From an uncultured Gammaproteobacteria bacterium (GTDB taxonomy: Bacteria; Patescibacteriota; Patescibacteriia; Magasanikbacterales; JBBTXJ01): DNA of 64,000 nt. Both the position numbers and the translations under genes were made by a program. How positions within the stretch are numbered: the stretch's first letter is position 1; every line of letters begins with the position of its first letter. Of this stretch, positions 47,628 to 56,164 are shown piece by piece. The notes below the pieces were generated by a model. It did no database searches and was not told the origin of the DNA. It was given only the letters and a program-made list of their open reading frames with translations. The stretch lies in contig CAZSVL010000001.1 of assembly GCA_964610305.1 (NCBI GenBank), positions 108,781 through 172,780 of the forward strand. Reading direction: 5' to 3'.

Positions 47628-49910
47628 TCAGGAATTATTATTTCCGTTACCACCGTTTTTGCCTCTTCTCGTCTTTTTGGGTGGCTCTTTGGGGCCTTCT
47701 GCATCAAGTCTGTCGCGCAGTTCTCTTCCTATTTCTGCGTACTTCGCGTCAATTTTATCTCTTTGTTTTCTACTACCCCGAACATAGCCGCTTGCTTCTT
47801 TGAGCATTTCTACGGTTATCCATTTTTTGTTGTCTTGCCCTCTTAATCTTTGATACCTGGTGTTTCCACGATCTGCATCGGCTTGAAAACGCGCCTCTTG
47901 CTTTTGCAGCTCATCAATAACAGACTTTTTGACCGCTTCCTTATCATCATCACTGTCTACGCCCGGGTAATGATAAATATGGTAGAGCGTCTGCACTGAT
48001 GCTCCTCTTGGATCTCTGTCTGCATAGCTAAAGACATCAGATCTGTTGCGCTGAGGCCTTGCCTCTAGGAGTCTGAGCATCTCATTAAACTCCATCGTAA
48101 AGTCTAGCTTTTGGTTTTCTTTTGTGAGCTGTTTTTTATATATGGCAAGGTGTCCTCTAATTATATCTCCTTGTGGAAGATCAAAATCTATTTCTTGAGA
48201 GTTTCCGTGCTCGTCTTTGCCAATGGCTAAAAAGAATGAGTGTTTGCGGGGCTGCCATACTAGCACATTGTTAACGCCAAAAGCCTTTGCCGTTTGCTGT
48301 GGTGGCATATTCCTACCCTCAGCATCTATCATGATATACGTGGGGCCAAATTTGGTATCTACCACGTACCCGCGCGATTGCCAGTAACCAAACATTCTTA
48401 TGTTGTGGGCAATTTGCTTTTCTTTTGCTTCAACTACTTCCCTGAGCGTGCCGGTTTTGGTGCCGCGCCTATCGGTATATTCAAATGATCTGTCTAAATC
48501 TTCCTGGGAGATATGATCTTCTGGTTTGTATTTTTTAAGCAGCTGATAAACCAGCTCTCTGGGTACCTTAAAGTCATTAGCTATGCCCCAGAGCGTATCA
48601 GCAGACTCTCCATAAAAACCGTATGAGCTCTCTGGCGAGCCCTCCACAGGCATCTCTCCGTTATCATGTGCCGTAACAAATGCCATGAGTTTTTCTAGCG
48701 CTGGGTCTTTTTCAATGAGGCCGGCATCAGAAAAATATTCATATATGAGCTGAGCGCCAGAGGTTTCTCTTTCTGACTGGTCTGCGGTGTGATGGTCTAC
48801 CGTGATTCTAAACTCTCCCTCTCCCATGTCATCGTAATCAGGGAATTCAAAATGCATGCCGTTGTCGCCTGGTTTTGCCGTTAGCTCATGCTCTAGCCGC
48901 TTGGCAGAATCCATGGTGTCAAATTGCAGCACGATTGGATCAGCTGTTCCCTCTGTGCCGGGAGCTACCATTTCTACATTCTTTTCCTTGCCTTTTACTT
49001 TGACATTAAAGCCGGCTTTACCCAAAAGCCATATGCCAAATTTTACATCTAAGTTTGCCTGATCATAAGCATGTGGCTTCCACGCCTCTTGGCTTTGATC
49101 CCACTGCATTCTTCCGCGCGTTGCCAGCTTGAGATATTTTTTTATGAGCTCTGGCCCACGCTCTGCTATGGCTTTATCTATTTCTTCTTGTGGTAGGTCC
49201 TTAAATTCTTCAAATTTATGCGGTTGCTTTTGTATCGCGGCAAGTACCGCCATTAGGAGCACCATAACTTTTGCCTCTCTCTTGCGTTCATGTGGCTTTA
49301 GCGGCACTTCTTTGGCTGTCTCCGTAACTTCAATTTCCGTCGTGGCTGGCGGCTCTGCTTCAGTCATGAAGGTGTCCATTACGTCTAGGGCATCGGTTAC
49401 TTTTTCTTCATGCTCAGTTGGCTCTGGATCGTCTTTTTCTTTTTTAGCCATTGCCAAAAGAGCAGCTCTTTCTTTTTCTACTCTGATTTCTTCTTCTTTC
49501 TGTCTCTTTTGCGCCAATGCCCTCAGGAGTTCAGATTTTCTCTCTAGTTTTGATTGTGTTTTTTCAAGCGCATTGCGTTGCATTGACAACGCGCTACTCA
49601 CCACCGCATAAGCGCTCTGGTTTTTTCCAATAAGCAGTGGGTTGATAAGATCAGCAAATTCTCCAAGACGTTCTCTGTAATTCTCCGACGTAACAGAATC
49701 ATGCATTATGGCTTCCCAATCTTCTAGGCTGCCGCCTTCTTCTATCCATTCGCTGAGTTCCTCTGCCTGATCAGCTGAGGGAACCTCTGTTTGCGCCTGC
49801 AGCAAAATCAAAGATTGCGCCTTAGTAAGTTCACTAATGGCGCTCTTAATTTTTTCTACATCCGCGGAGCTTACCTCCAGCAGGCTATCCACCCTGCTTT
49901 TCATGGGCAT
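47628..49910 (-). CDS. large hypothetical protein (760 aa) with N-terminal coiled-coil, internal DHH-like motif and basic Gly/Asn-rich C-terminus
   Basis: long ORF in AT-normal context; ITVDHHTAD segment; C-terminus KKTRRGKNGGNGNNNS; no confident family. Confidence 0.55.
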   Translation of the reverse strand: MPMKSRVDSLLEVSSADVEKIKSAISELTKAQSLILLQAQTEVPSADQAEELSEWIEEGGSLEDWEAIMHDSVTSENYRERLGEFADLINPLLIGKNQSAYAVVSSALSMQRNALEKTQSKLERKSELLRALAQKRQKEEEIRVEKERAALLAMAKKEKDDPEPTEHEEKVTDALDVMDTFMTEAEPPATTEIEVTETAKEVPLKPHERKREAKVMVLLMAVLAAIQKQPHKFEEFKDLPQEEIDKAIAERGPELIKKYLKLATRGRMQWDQSQEAWKPHAYDQANLDVKFGIWLLGKAGFNVKVKGKEKNVEMVAPGTEGTADPIVLQFDTMDSAKRLEHELTAKPGDNGMHFEFPDYDDMGEGEFRITVDHHTADQSERETSGAQLIYEYFSDAGLIEKDPALEKLMAFVTAHDNGEMPVEGSPESSYGFYGESADTLWGIANDFKVPRELVYQLLKKYKPEDHISQEDLDRSFEYTDRRGTKTGTLREVVEAKEKQIAHNIRMFGYWQSRGYVVDTKFGPTYIMIDAEGRNMPPQQTAKAFGVNNVLVWQPRKHSFFLAIGKDEHGNSQEIDFDLPQGDIIRGHLAIYKKQLTKENQKLDFTMEFNEMLRLLEARPQRNRSDVFSYADRDPRGASVQTLYHIYHYPGVDSDDDKEAVKKSVIDELQKQEARFQADADRGNTRYQRLRGQDNKKWITVEMLKEASGYVRGSRKQRDKIDAKYAEIGRELRDRLDAEGPKEPPKKTRRGKNGGNGNNNS

Positions 49911-49957
49911 ATTATAACATAAAACGGGCTGGAAAACCCGATTTTAATAAGCTGGTT

Positions 49958-50803
49958 TTAGAGTGAAGCGTCAAATCTAATATTAGTGTACCCTGCATTG
50001 CAGACAGAATCTCTGAGTTCTTCTTGGTATTGATACATGACTATTTTCCCTCCGACGTACAGGTCAGCAGGAATGCTTTTTGCACGAACACTCTTCAAAA
50101 TCAAGTGTTTTCCAATATGTTTTGGCAGCTCAGCTAGAGATGTGATTTTATTATTACTTAAGTCTAAACTCCAATCTACCCGTCTGGGAGCATGTTTTAA
50201 TGAAGTGATTGCGTTGTTTCTTAGCAGTAAGTCTCCTTGGACATGATCTGGCAGACCTTGCAAAGAGCTTATTTTGTTACCCTCAAGGTCTATGCCGGCC
50301 CCTAAATATGTGGGCATGCCTTCAAGTGATTCAATCTTGTTATAACTCACATCAAAATGGCCTGAAACAGATTTTGGGAAACCGACTAAAGAAGTGATAC
50401 CGGATTCAGTAATAACAAGGTCTCCTTCAACAGCAACTAAATTGGGAGGCAATTCAGTTACTCCTGCATCTAAAAAATGAAGACTTTGTTTTGCGTGTAC
50501 ACCATCTGTTTTGAATTCAAACGTATCTTCTATCCACTCTGCGGGGTTTTCCTTGCCCAGACCAAATTTTACGGCCCATTGTATGTATGTTTCTCTTAAG
50601 ATCTTTATTCTCTCTTTTGCCTCTAGGAATTGCGTCATCTCATTTGCCGCGTCCAAACCAGTTGGAATAGTAGTCTTTTTTTCTGCGAGAGTCATCCTCC
50701 GCATCATCTCCCCTACTTTAGGATCATCAAAAACAGAAGAGAGCGCTTCCTCTGTGGAAAGCTTCTTGTCTCTTCCTTTTTTAAACGGGTTGGTGGGGTT
50801 CAT
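49958..50803 (-). CDS. leucine-rich-repeat protein with conserved basic N-terminal module (paralogue 1)
   Basis: C-terminal LxxLxLxxNxIxSL-type repeats (LEGNKISSLQGLP..., LSNNKITSLAELP...); N-terminal 37 aa nearly identical to the ORF at 53640-54290. Confidence 0.6.
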   Translation of the reverse strand: MNPTNPFKKGRDKKLSTEEALSSVFDDPKVGEMMRRMTLAEKKTTIPTGLDAANEMTQFLEAKERIKILRETYIQWAVKFGLGKENPAEWIEDTFEFKTDGVHAKQSLHFLDAGVTELPPNLVAVEGDLVITESGITSLVGFPKSVSGHFDVSYNKIESLEGMPTYLGAGIDLEGNKISSLQGLPDHVQGDLLLRNNAITSLKHAPRRVDWSLDLSNNKITSLAELPKHIGKHLILKSVRAKSIPADLYVGGKIVMYQYQEELRDSVCNAGYTNIRFDASL

Positions 50804-51640
50804 TTATACGTTGAAGAGGGTGGAGGCGTTTTTTTCTGTTTCTTCTATGACCTGATCTGCAGACATGTTCTTTAGTTCTGCCACTTTTGCAGCTACTTCT
50901 TCTACCATCCACGGTTCATTGCGTTTTCCGCGATGTTTTCCGGGTGCAAGGTATGGCGCGTCTGTTTCTATGAGGAGCTGCTCCATTGGTACGCGCCTTA
51001 CGGCTTCTAAAAGGCGCTCCTGAGCCTGCGGATCGCTCTTGCGGGGTGGAAAGGTGATAATTCCCGTAAAGCCAATGTAGAGCCCAAGAGAGGCCAGTTT
51101 TTCTGCCTCTGATTCATTTCCTGTAAAGCAATGGACCGTTGCTTGTATGCTAGGTTTTCTCTCTTTCCACACATCATAAAGATCATCATAAGCATCTCTG
51201 CAGTGAATAACCATGGGTTTGTTTAGCTTTTCTGCCAACTTTATGTGTTGCAAAAAAACCTCTCTTTGCTTCTTTCTTATTTCATCCTCAGTTACATGAT
51301 CTGGCATGCGGTAATAATCCAGGCCGGCTTCTCCAATGGCAACAACCGAAGACTCTTGCGCCAACGTTTTGTAATAATCATAATCGAAATCTTCCTCTCT
51401 GCTTTTAAATGCCCCTTCTTTCTCATCCACATATCTGCTGTGCAGATGCGTGGGGTGCAAACCAATGCTGGCGAAAAATTGATCTGGATATTGTGCTGCT
51501 AGCTCTGCTGCCGCGGCGCTCGTGTCCTTTTGCGTGCCAACAATAAGGCATTTAGTGTTGGATTTTAAAATGCGCGCAATAACATCTGTGCGATCTTGTT
51601 CATACGCTTTAAACTGCAAGTGGCAGTGAGAATCAAACAT
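50804..51640 (-). CDS. tatD: TatD-family metal-dependent DNase/hydrolase
   Basis: MFDSHCHLQF start plus further His/Asp/Glu metal-binding positions. Confidence 0.9.
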   Translation of the reverse strand: MFDSHCHLQFKAYEQDRTDVIARILKSNTKCLIVGTQKDTSAAAAELAAQYPDQFFASIGLHPTHLHSRYVDEKEGAFKSREEDFDYDYYKTLAQESSVVAIGEAGLDYYRMPDHVTEDEIRKKQREVFLQHIKLAEKLNKPMVIHCRDAYDDLYDVWKERKPSIQATVHCFTGNESEAEKLASLGLYIGFTGIITFPPRKSDPQAQERLLEAVRRVPMEQLLIETDAPYLAPGKHRGKRNEPWMVEEVAAKVAELKNMSADQVIEETEKNASTLFNV

Positions 51641-51649
51641 GAGATTGTA

Positions 51650-52159
51650 TTACAAAAACCTTATGAATTTTGAGATTAAGTATGGCGCGTGGTCTACGGT
51701 TTTTTCTATGATAGGGCTTACTACGTCTATTACTTTAGATGCCTCTATGGATCCAGCAAGCCTACCTGAGAGCGGGAATTTTTCTACGAGGTATACAAAG
51801 ATTCCCAGCACCACGGTTCCCTCCAAAAAACCAAAGAGTCCACCTAAAAGACGGTTCATGCTTCTGCCAAAGGGTATGGGCAGTATATGCAAAAGTCTCT
51901 CTGCGAGCCATACGGATACACCCACTAAACGAGAGATGGTAGTAAACAAAAGTAAGAACATTACCACTTTTGCAGTGTTTATGTTCCAGTCTACTCTGGT
52001 AACCGCCCACGCTGCCACCTGCTCAAAATAGGTGTTGGCTACGTATGCTCCAAAAATGGTTCCCACTAGGGATCCCACAGCATGAAGCAACCCCGTAAAG
52101 ATACCAAAAAAAGCAAAGCCGGATAAGAGGATCAGGATTACTACGTCAAAATATGACAT
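51650..52159 (-). CDS. cvpA: CvpA-family membrane protein
   Basis: 169 aa, four TM segments, CvpA-like N-terminus MSYFDVVILILLSGFAFFG. Confidence 0.7.
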   Translation of the reverse strand: MSYFDVVILILLSGFAFFGIFTGLLHAVGSLVGTIFGAYVANTYFEQVAAWAVTRVDWNINTAKVVMFLLLFTTISRLVGVSVWLAERLLHILPIPFGRSMNRLLGGLFGFLEGTVVLGIFVYLVEKFPLSGRLAGSIEASKVIDVVSPIIEKTVDHAPYLISKFIRFL

Positions 52160-52168
52160 GAAATTTTT

Positions 52169-53635
52169 TTATGCAAGCCTAGGAAAAAGCGGCTCGCCCT
52201 TCTTTGCTTCTATTGTAGCATGATCTCCGCTTGCCTTTACAGTAATTTGCTGCCTGATTTTCTCTGAGGTCTCTGGAAGAAATGGAGAGAGTAAAAAAAC
52301 CACATGATGTAAATCTGCAAGTATGTCTAAGACAAGCTTTTTGTTTTTAGTAGTGTCTAGATCCTCCCATGGTTTTTTGTCCGTAAGTTCCACATTTGCT
52401 CTTCGGATAATCTTCCAGATAGAATCTAAGGCCTGGTGAAAAGCTAGTTTTTCAAGAGAATCATTAACCTCCTTGTGCGCATCTTCTATGTGATCTGGTG
52501 GAGATTTTGGCACTGCATATTCTTGCGGCTTCTTAAACGCTTTCTCAAAAAGCGTAGTGGCACGCATCACCAAATTGCCCAGTTCATTGGCCAGCTCTGC
52601 GCTGTATCGCTGTTTGAGCCGCTCAATAGAAAAATCTCCGTCCTCGCCAAAGGTAATTTCTTTAAGAAGATAATAACGTAGAACATCATTTCCATATTTA
52701 TCTGCTATTTCTATGGGGTCTACCACATTACCTATTGTTTTAGACATTTTTTGTCCTTCCACCGTAAAAAAGCCATGCGCGTAGACGGTTTTTGGGAGTG
52801 GCACGCCAGCACTCAGCAGCATTGCCGGCCAATACGCGCAGTGAAATTTTATAATGTCTTTCCCTACCAAATGAAGACTAGCGGGCCAGAATTTTTCAAA
52901 AAGCCCTTGATCCTTTGCACCGTAGCCTAGCGCGCTAATATAATTTATAAGCGCATCAAACCAAACATAAATGGTTTGGCTGTCATCTCCCGGAACCGGT
53001 ATCCCCCACTCTGAGTTTTTTCTGGATATAGAAAAATCTTTTGCGTGATCCTTAACAAAGGCAATAACTTCATTCCTCCTGCTTTTTGGCTGAATAAAAT
53101 CAGGGTGTTTTTTAAAATATTCTAAAAGCTGATCCTGGTATTTTGAGAATCTAAAAAAGTAGTTTTCTTCTGAGAGTTTTTCTGGCTCACGTTTGTGATC
53201 GGGGCATAATCCATCAATTAAATCTTGCTCTGTTTTATAGCCCTCACATCCGGTGCAGTAAAGACCCTCATACGTGTCTTTGTAAATATCTCCATTTTCT
53301 AAACAATCATTCCAAAATTTCTCTACCGTTTTTTTGTGCCGATCCTCTGATGTTCTTATAAAGTCATCATGTGTAATGTCCAAATGCTCCCATGTTTTTT
53401 TCCACGCGGCTGACATATCATCAACATATTTTTGAACAGACGCTCTGTCTGGCGCTGGGGCGCTCTCTACATTCTTTTGGGCATTTTCATCGGTTCCAAT
53501 CAAAAAATGAACGCTTTTTGAAGATAAGCGGTGATATCTAGCCAACACATCTGCGGCAATAGTAGTATAAGCGTGCCCGATATGTGGCTTGTCATTTACA
53601 TAGTAGATGGGCGTTGTAATGTAGTAGTTTTTCAT
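52169..53635 (-). CDS. metG: methionine--tRNA ligase (short form)
   Basis: TPIYYVNDKPHIGHAYT (HIGH) and KMSKTIGN (KMSKS) motifs. Confidence 0.95.
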   Translation of the reverse strand: MKNYYITTPIYYVNDKPHIGHAYTTIAADVLARYHRLSSKSVHFLIGTDENAQKNVESAPAPDRASVQKYVDDMSAAWKKTWEHLDITHDDFIRTSEDRHKKTVEKFWNDCLENGDIYKDTYEGLYCTGCEGYKTEQDLIDGLCPDHKREPEKLSEENYFFRFSKYQDQLLEYFKKHPDFIQPKSRRNEVIAFVKDHAKDFSISRKNSEWGIPVPGDDSQTIYVWFDALINYISALGYGAKDQGLFEKFWPASLHLVGKDIIKFHCAYWPAMLLSAGVPLPKTVYAHGFFTVEGQKMSKTIGNVVDPIEIADKYGNDVLRYYLLKEITFGEDGDFSIERLKQRYSAELANELGNLVMRATTLFEKAFKKPQEYAVPKSPPDHIEDAHKEVNDSLEKLAFHQALDSIWKIIRRANVELTDKKPWEDLDTTKNKKLVLDILADLHHVVFLLSPFLPETSEKIRQQITVKASGDHATIEAKKGEPLFPRLA

Positions 53636-53639
53636 GGTG

Positions 53640-54290
53640 CTATCCTAGCGTATATCCAACGACTTGTATAGATTGCCTTAGAGCGGTGTTGTCTTCTGAC
53701 GTATAAACCTTGCCGCCGATAGATAACCCTGCGGGGATACTGCTAACCGATAGGTCGGAAAGGTATAAATTGCCGCCAATTTCCACGGGCAGGTCTTCTA
53801 GAGAAGTAATATTCTGACAATTTACAAGATACAGGTGGTATTCAATATGTCTGGGCAGGGCGTCTAATTTTGAGATAAGTGTTCTGGAGAGATCTAGGCT
53901 GCCCCCTAGAGCATTGAATTTTGGAGGGAATTTTGGATCATCGCCTTCACGAAATATCAAGCCAGCATTAAGCGTTACTCCTGAGGAATCAATGTGTATT
54001 CTATCTTCTAGCCACCTCTTAGGATCTAGTTTTCCAAAGCCAAATTTTGTCACAAACCGCAGGTATAATTCTTTTAGCTCTTGCTTATTACCTTCTTTCT
54101 CGTACTTAGATATCTCTTCTGATATTGCCTCAGAGATGCCAAACGGTTGACTAGTGGTCAGCTTGTTGTCCGTGGTTGTCATCCGCCTCATCATCTCCCC
54201 TACTTTAGGATCATCAAAAACAGAAGAGAGGGCGTCTTCTGCTGAGACTTTTTTTGGTCTACCTTTTTTGAAGGGATTTGTTGCGCGCAT
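53640..54290 (-). CDS. leucine-rich-repeat protein with conserved basic N-terminal module (paralogue 2)
   Basis: N-terminus MRATNPFKKGRPKKVSAEDALSSVFDDPKVGEMMRRMT matches paralogue 1; the DNA is about 50 nt near-identical (about 54180-54235 vs 50690-50745); LRR-like C-terminus. Confidence 0.6.
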   Translation of the reverse strand: MRATNPFKKGRPKKVSAEDALSSVFDDPKVGEMMRRMTTTDNKLTTSQPFGISEAISEEISKYEKEGNKQELKELYLRFVTKFGFGKLDPKRWLEDRIHIDSSGVTLNAGLIFREGDDPKFPPKFNALGGSLDLSRTLISKLDALPRHIEYHLYLVNCQNITSLEDLPVEIGGNLYLSDLSVSSIPAGLSIGGKVYTSEDNTALRQSIQVVGYTLG

Positions 54291-54301
54291 GGTTTTGCTC
54301 T

Positions 54302-54952
54302 CTAGCTTGAGATTACTATGGTAAACTCGCCTCTTTTTTCTGTCATTGCCTCTTTTACTTCTTTGATGGTGCCGCGGTAGAAGGTCTCATGTAGTTTTGT
54401 TAACTCTCGTGCTACTACAATTTGTCTTTTTGGATCCAGTTGCTCTGACAGCTCATTAAGAAGTTTTTCAATACGATGAGTTGATTCAAAAAAAACCGTG
54501 GTTATTGGTTGGCTTGTTGCATGTTTGATAAATTTTGTGCGTCCCTTTTTTTGTGGTATGAAACCAAAGAAGCAGTATTTGTCGGTAGGAAAGCCGCTTG
54601 CTTGCAAAGCTGTTGTTACGGCAGATGCTCCTGGAATAGGAATCACTGTTCCTCCAGAATTCCATATGGCATCCACAAGTTTTCCTCCCGGGTCTGAAAT
54701 TCCCGGTGTTCCGGCGTCGCTGACCAGAGCCACTGTTTTATCTTTAATTGTTTTTAACGTCTTTGTGGTGTCACTATGCGCGTCAAATCTTTTTAGGGGT
54801 GTATGTATACCAAAATGAGACGAGAGTTTTTTGGTAACTCTGGTGTCCTCAGCTAGGATTACATCTACTGTTTTGAGCGTTTCTAGGGCTCTACTAGATA
54901 TGTCTCCTAGGTTTCCTATGGGGGTGGCTACAATGTAGAGGGTGGTTTTCAT
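54302..54952 (-). CDS. rsmI: 16S rRNA (cytidine1402-2'-O)-methyltransferase RsmI
   Basis: tetrapyrrole-methylase fold N-terminus MKTTLYIVATPIGNLGDISSRALETL. Confidence 0.9.
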   Translation of the reverse strand: MKTTLYIVATPIGNLGDISSRALETLKTVDVILAEDTRVTKKLSSHFGIHTPLKRFDAHSDTTKTLKTIKDKTVALVSDAGTPGISDPGGKLVDAIWNSGGTVIPIPGASAVTTALQASGFPTDKYCFFGFIPQKKGRTKFIKHATSQPITTVFFESTHRIEKLLNELSEQLDPKRQIVVARELTKLHETFYRGTIKEVKEAMTEKRGEFTIVISS

Positions 54953-54975
54953 TTTTGCAGTTGCGGTGCCTTTTT

Positions 54976-55020
54976 CTTGAGATCCCGGATATTTTGCTAC
55001 GCAAAATTCCGGGATGACAG
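54976..55020. repeat. partial GAGATCCCGGAT...TTCCGGGATGACAG hairpin element
   Basis: shares both arms with the elements at 56486-56615. Confidence 0.6.
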
Positions 55021-55050
55021 GGGGTAGTTTTAGAATGACATGGGTATGAT

Positions 55051-55338
55051 CTACTCCTCTGGCCAGATTTGATTGCCCTTTGCGTCATAAACAATGATAG
55101 CGTTGGTGGGGCAGCTTTGGGCTGCAAGCAGGAGTGTCTCGTCGTCATGAGCATCTGGGTCAACCAAAAAAGCTAGATTTTCATCGTCTAGTTGGAAGGT
55201 TCCCGGCGCTACGGCAATACAAGAGGCCGCACCTATGCAGGCATCTCTATCTATTACCACCTTTCTATATTCCTTATCCTCAGAGCGTGTGCCCGTTTCA
55301 ATATCTCCCTCCCTTTCTACATTTTTTTGTTCAGACAT
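55051..55338 (-). CDS. ferredoxin (single Cys-cluster, 3Fe-4S/4Fe-4S type)
   Basis: CIGAASC...CP cluster-binding motif in a 95-aa acidic protein. Confidence 0.8.
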   Translation of the reverse strand: MSEQKNVEREGDIETGTRSEDKEYRKVVIDRDACIGAASCIAVAPGTFQLDDENLAFLVDPDAHDDETLLLAAQSCPTNAIIVYDAKGNQIWPEE

Positions 55339-55443
55339 AGTGCCATTTTAGCATTGTAGTATAAAAAGAGCCACAGCAGCTTTTTTCATTTTTTTTGGTT
55401 TCTGAAATGTGGCTAATTTAAGCCAATTTTGTCAAGTTACCTC

Positions 55444-55472
55444 TTGACAAAATTGACAAAGTGTGCTATACT
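55444..55472 (+). promoter_or_regulatory. sigma70 promoter TTGACA-17-TATACT with TGTGC extension; 38-nt sequence duplicated at 57377-57414
   Basis: ttgaca 55444-55449, spacer 17, tatact 55467-55472; ctcttgacaaaattgacaaagtgtgctatactgctttt is identical at both sites. Confidence 0.65.
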
Positions 55473-55479
55473 GCTTTTG

Positions 55480-56162
55480 TTGCGTTAAGACAGTTCTGCG
55501 CCCACTTCTGTTTCTGTCTTTTGGGTAGTACGGAGCTTGTGCCGAAAAAGGCCCTTAGCGTAACGCTCTTTTTGAAAAGTGTTGGTTTTCCTGCCAGCGC
55601 GCAATGGAGGATGTAGTATGTCTGAAAGGCCCGATCTGCCGCCCGCCTTGTGGAGGCCCGCAGTATTGGAGTCCGTCAGGCCCAGGATCTCAATGGTGAT
55701 TGAGTGAACGGAGCACGGTTGTGGCTAGCGCCTGGCGCTAGGGTTGCTTGCCTCCACAAGCAGCACTTTCCATGTCTGTGGGAGGTTCAACTAGCTAGAA
55801 AGCTTGCAGGAATTCACCGTTTTCTGTGTATGGCCGGCATACTTGCTGACGCGGGGTGCGAGAGATCGCAGCCGAACCAAACCGCTCAGTTAGCGTGGCC
55901 ACGTAGTGGTCGGCTTGTAAAGCTTGTGAGGAGCTACTGATCCTCTGTGGTGATCCCATGGAGGAGCCCACAAGCTGGTATCCTATGAGAGGCTGAAGTG
56001 ATGCAGACCTCTACTCGCCTAACAGTGAGAGCCTTTGCAAGGGCCAGTACGACGCTCCCGCGGGGAGAGTACGTGCAAGGATATTACACAGAAACGTCAC
56101 AAGCGTGGTACTGCGCAGGTTCCACGTGGCCCTCGTCGACAACCGTTGACGAGGGCTTTTTT
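55480..56162 (+). ncRNA. candidate long GC-rich noncoding transcript (about 680 nt), promoter to terminator, no long ORF
   Basis: starts about 8 nt after the -10; ends at hairpin gccctcgtcgac/gttgacgagggc (56129-56156) plus T6; about 57% GC; long-range helix gccttgtggaggc (55645-55657) / gcctccacaagc (55750-55761); contains a 29-codon ORF with perfect SD at 55618-55707. Confidence 0.4.
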
Positions 56163-56164
56163 AA

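Noticed and set aside
55480-56162. RNase P RNA or tmRNA identity for the long GC-rich noncoding unit
   Set aside because: It contains AGUCCG and CGGCUU segments reminiscent of the P4 helix and a GGUGCG...CGCAGCC segment. However, there is no GGAAAGUCCGGGCUCC, no ACAGAAnCCGGCUUA and no tRNA-like 3' end (GGUUCGAnUCC...CCA), and the helix topology (the 55645/55761 helix enclosing the putative P4 5' strand) and length do not fit. Left as an unclassified candidate ncRNA.
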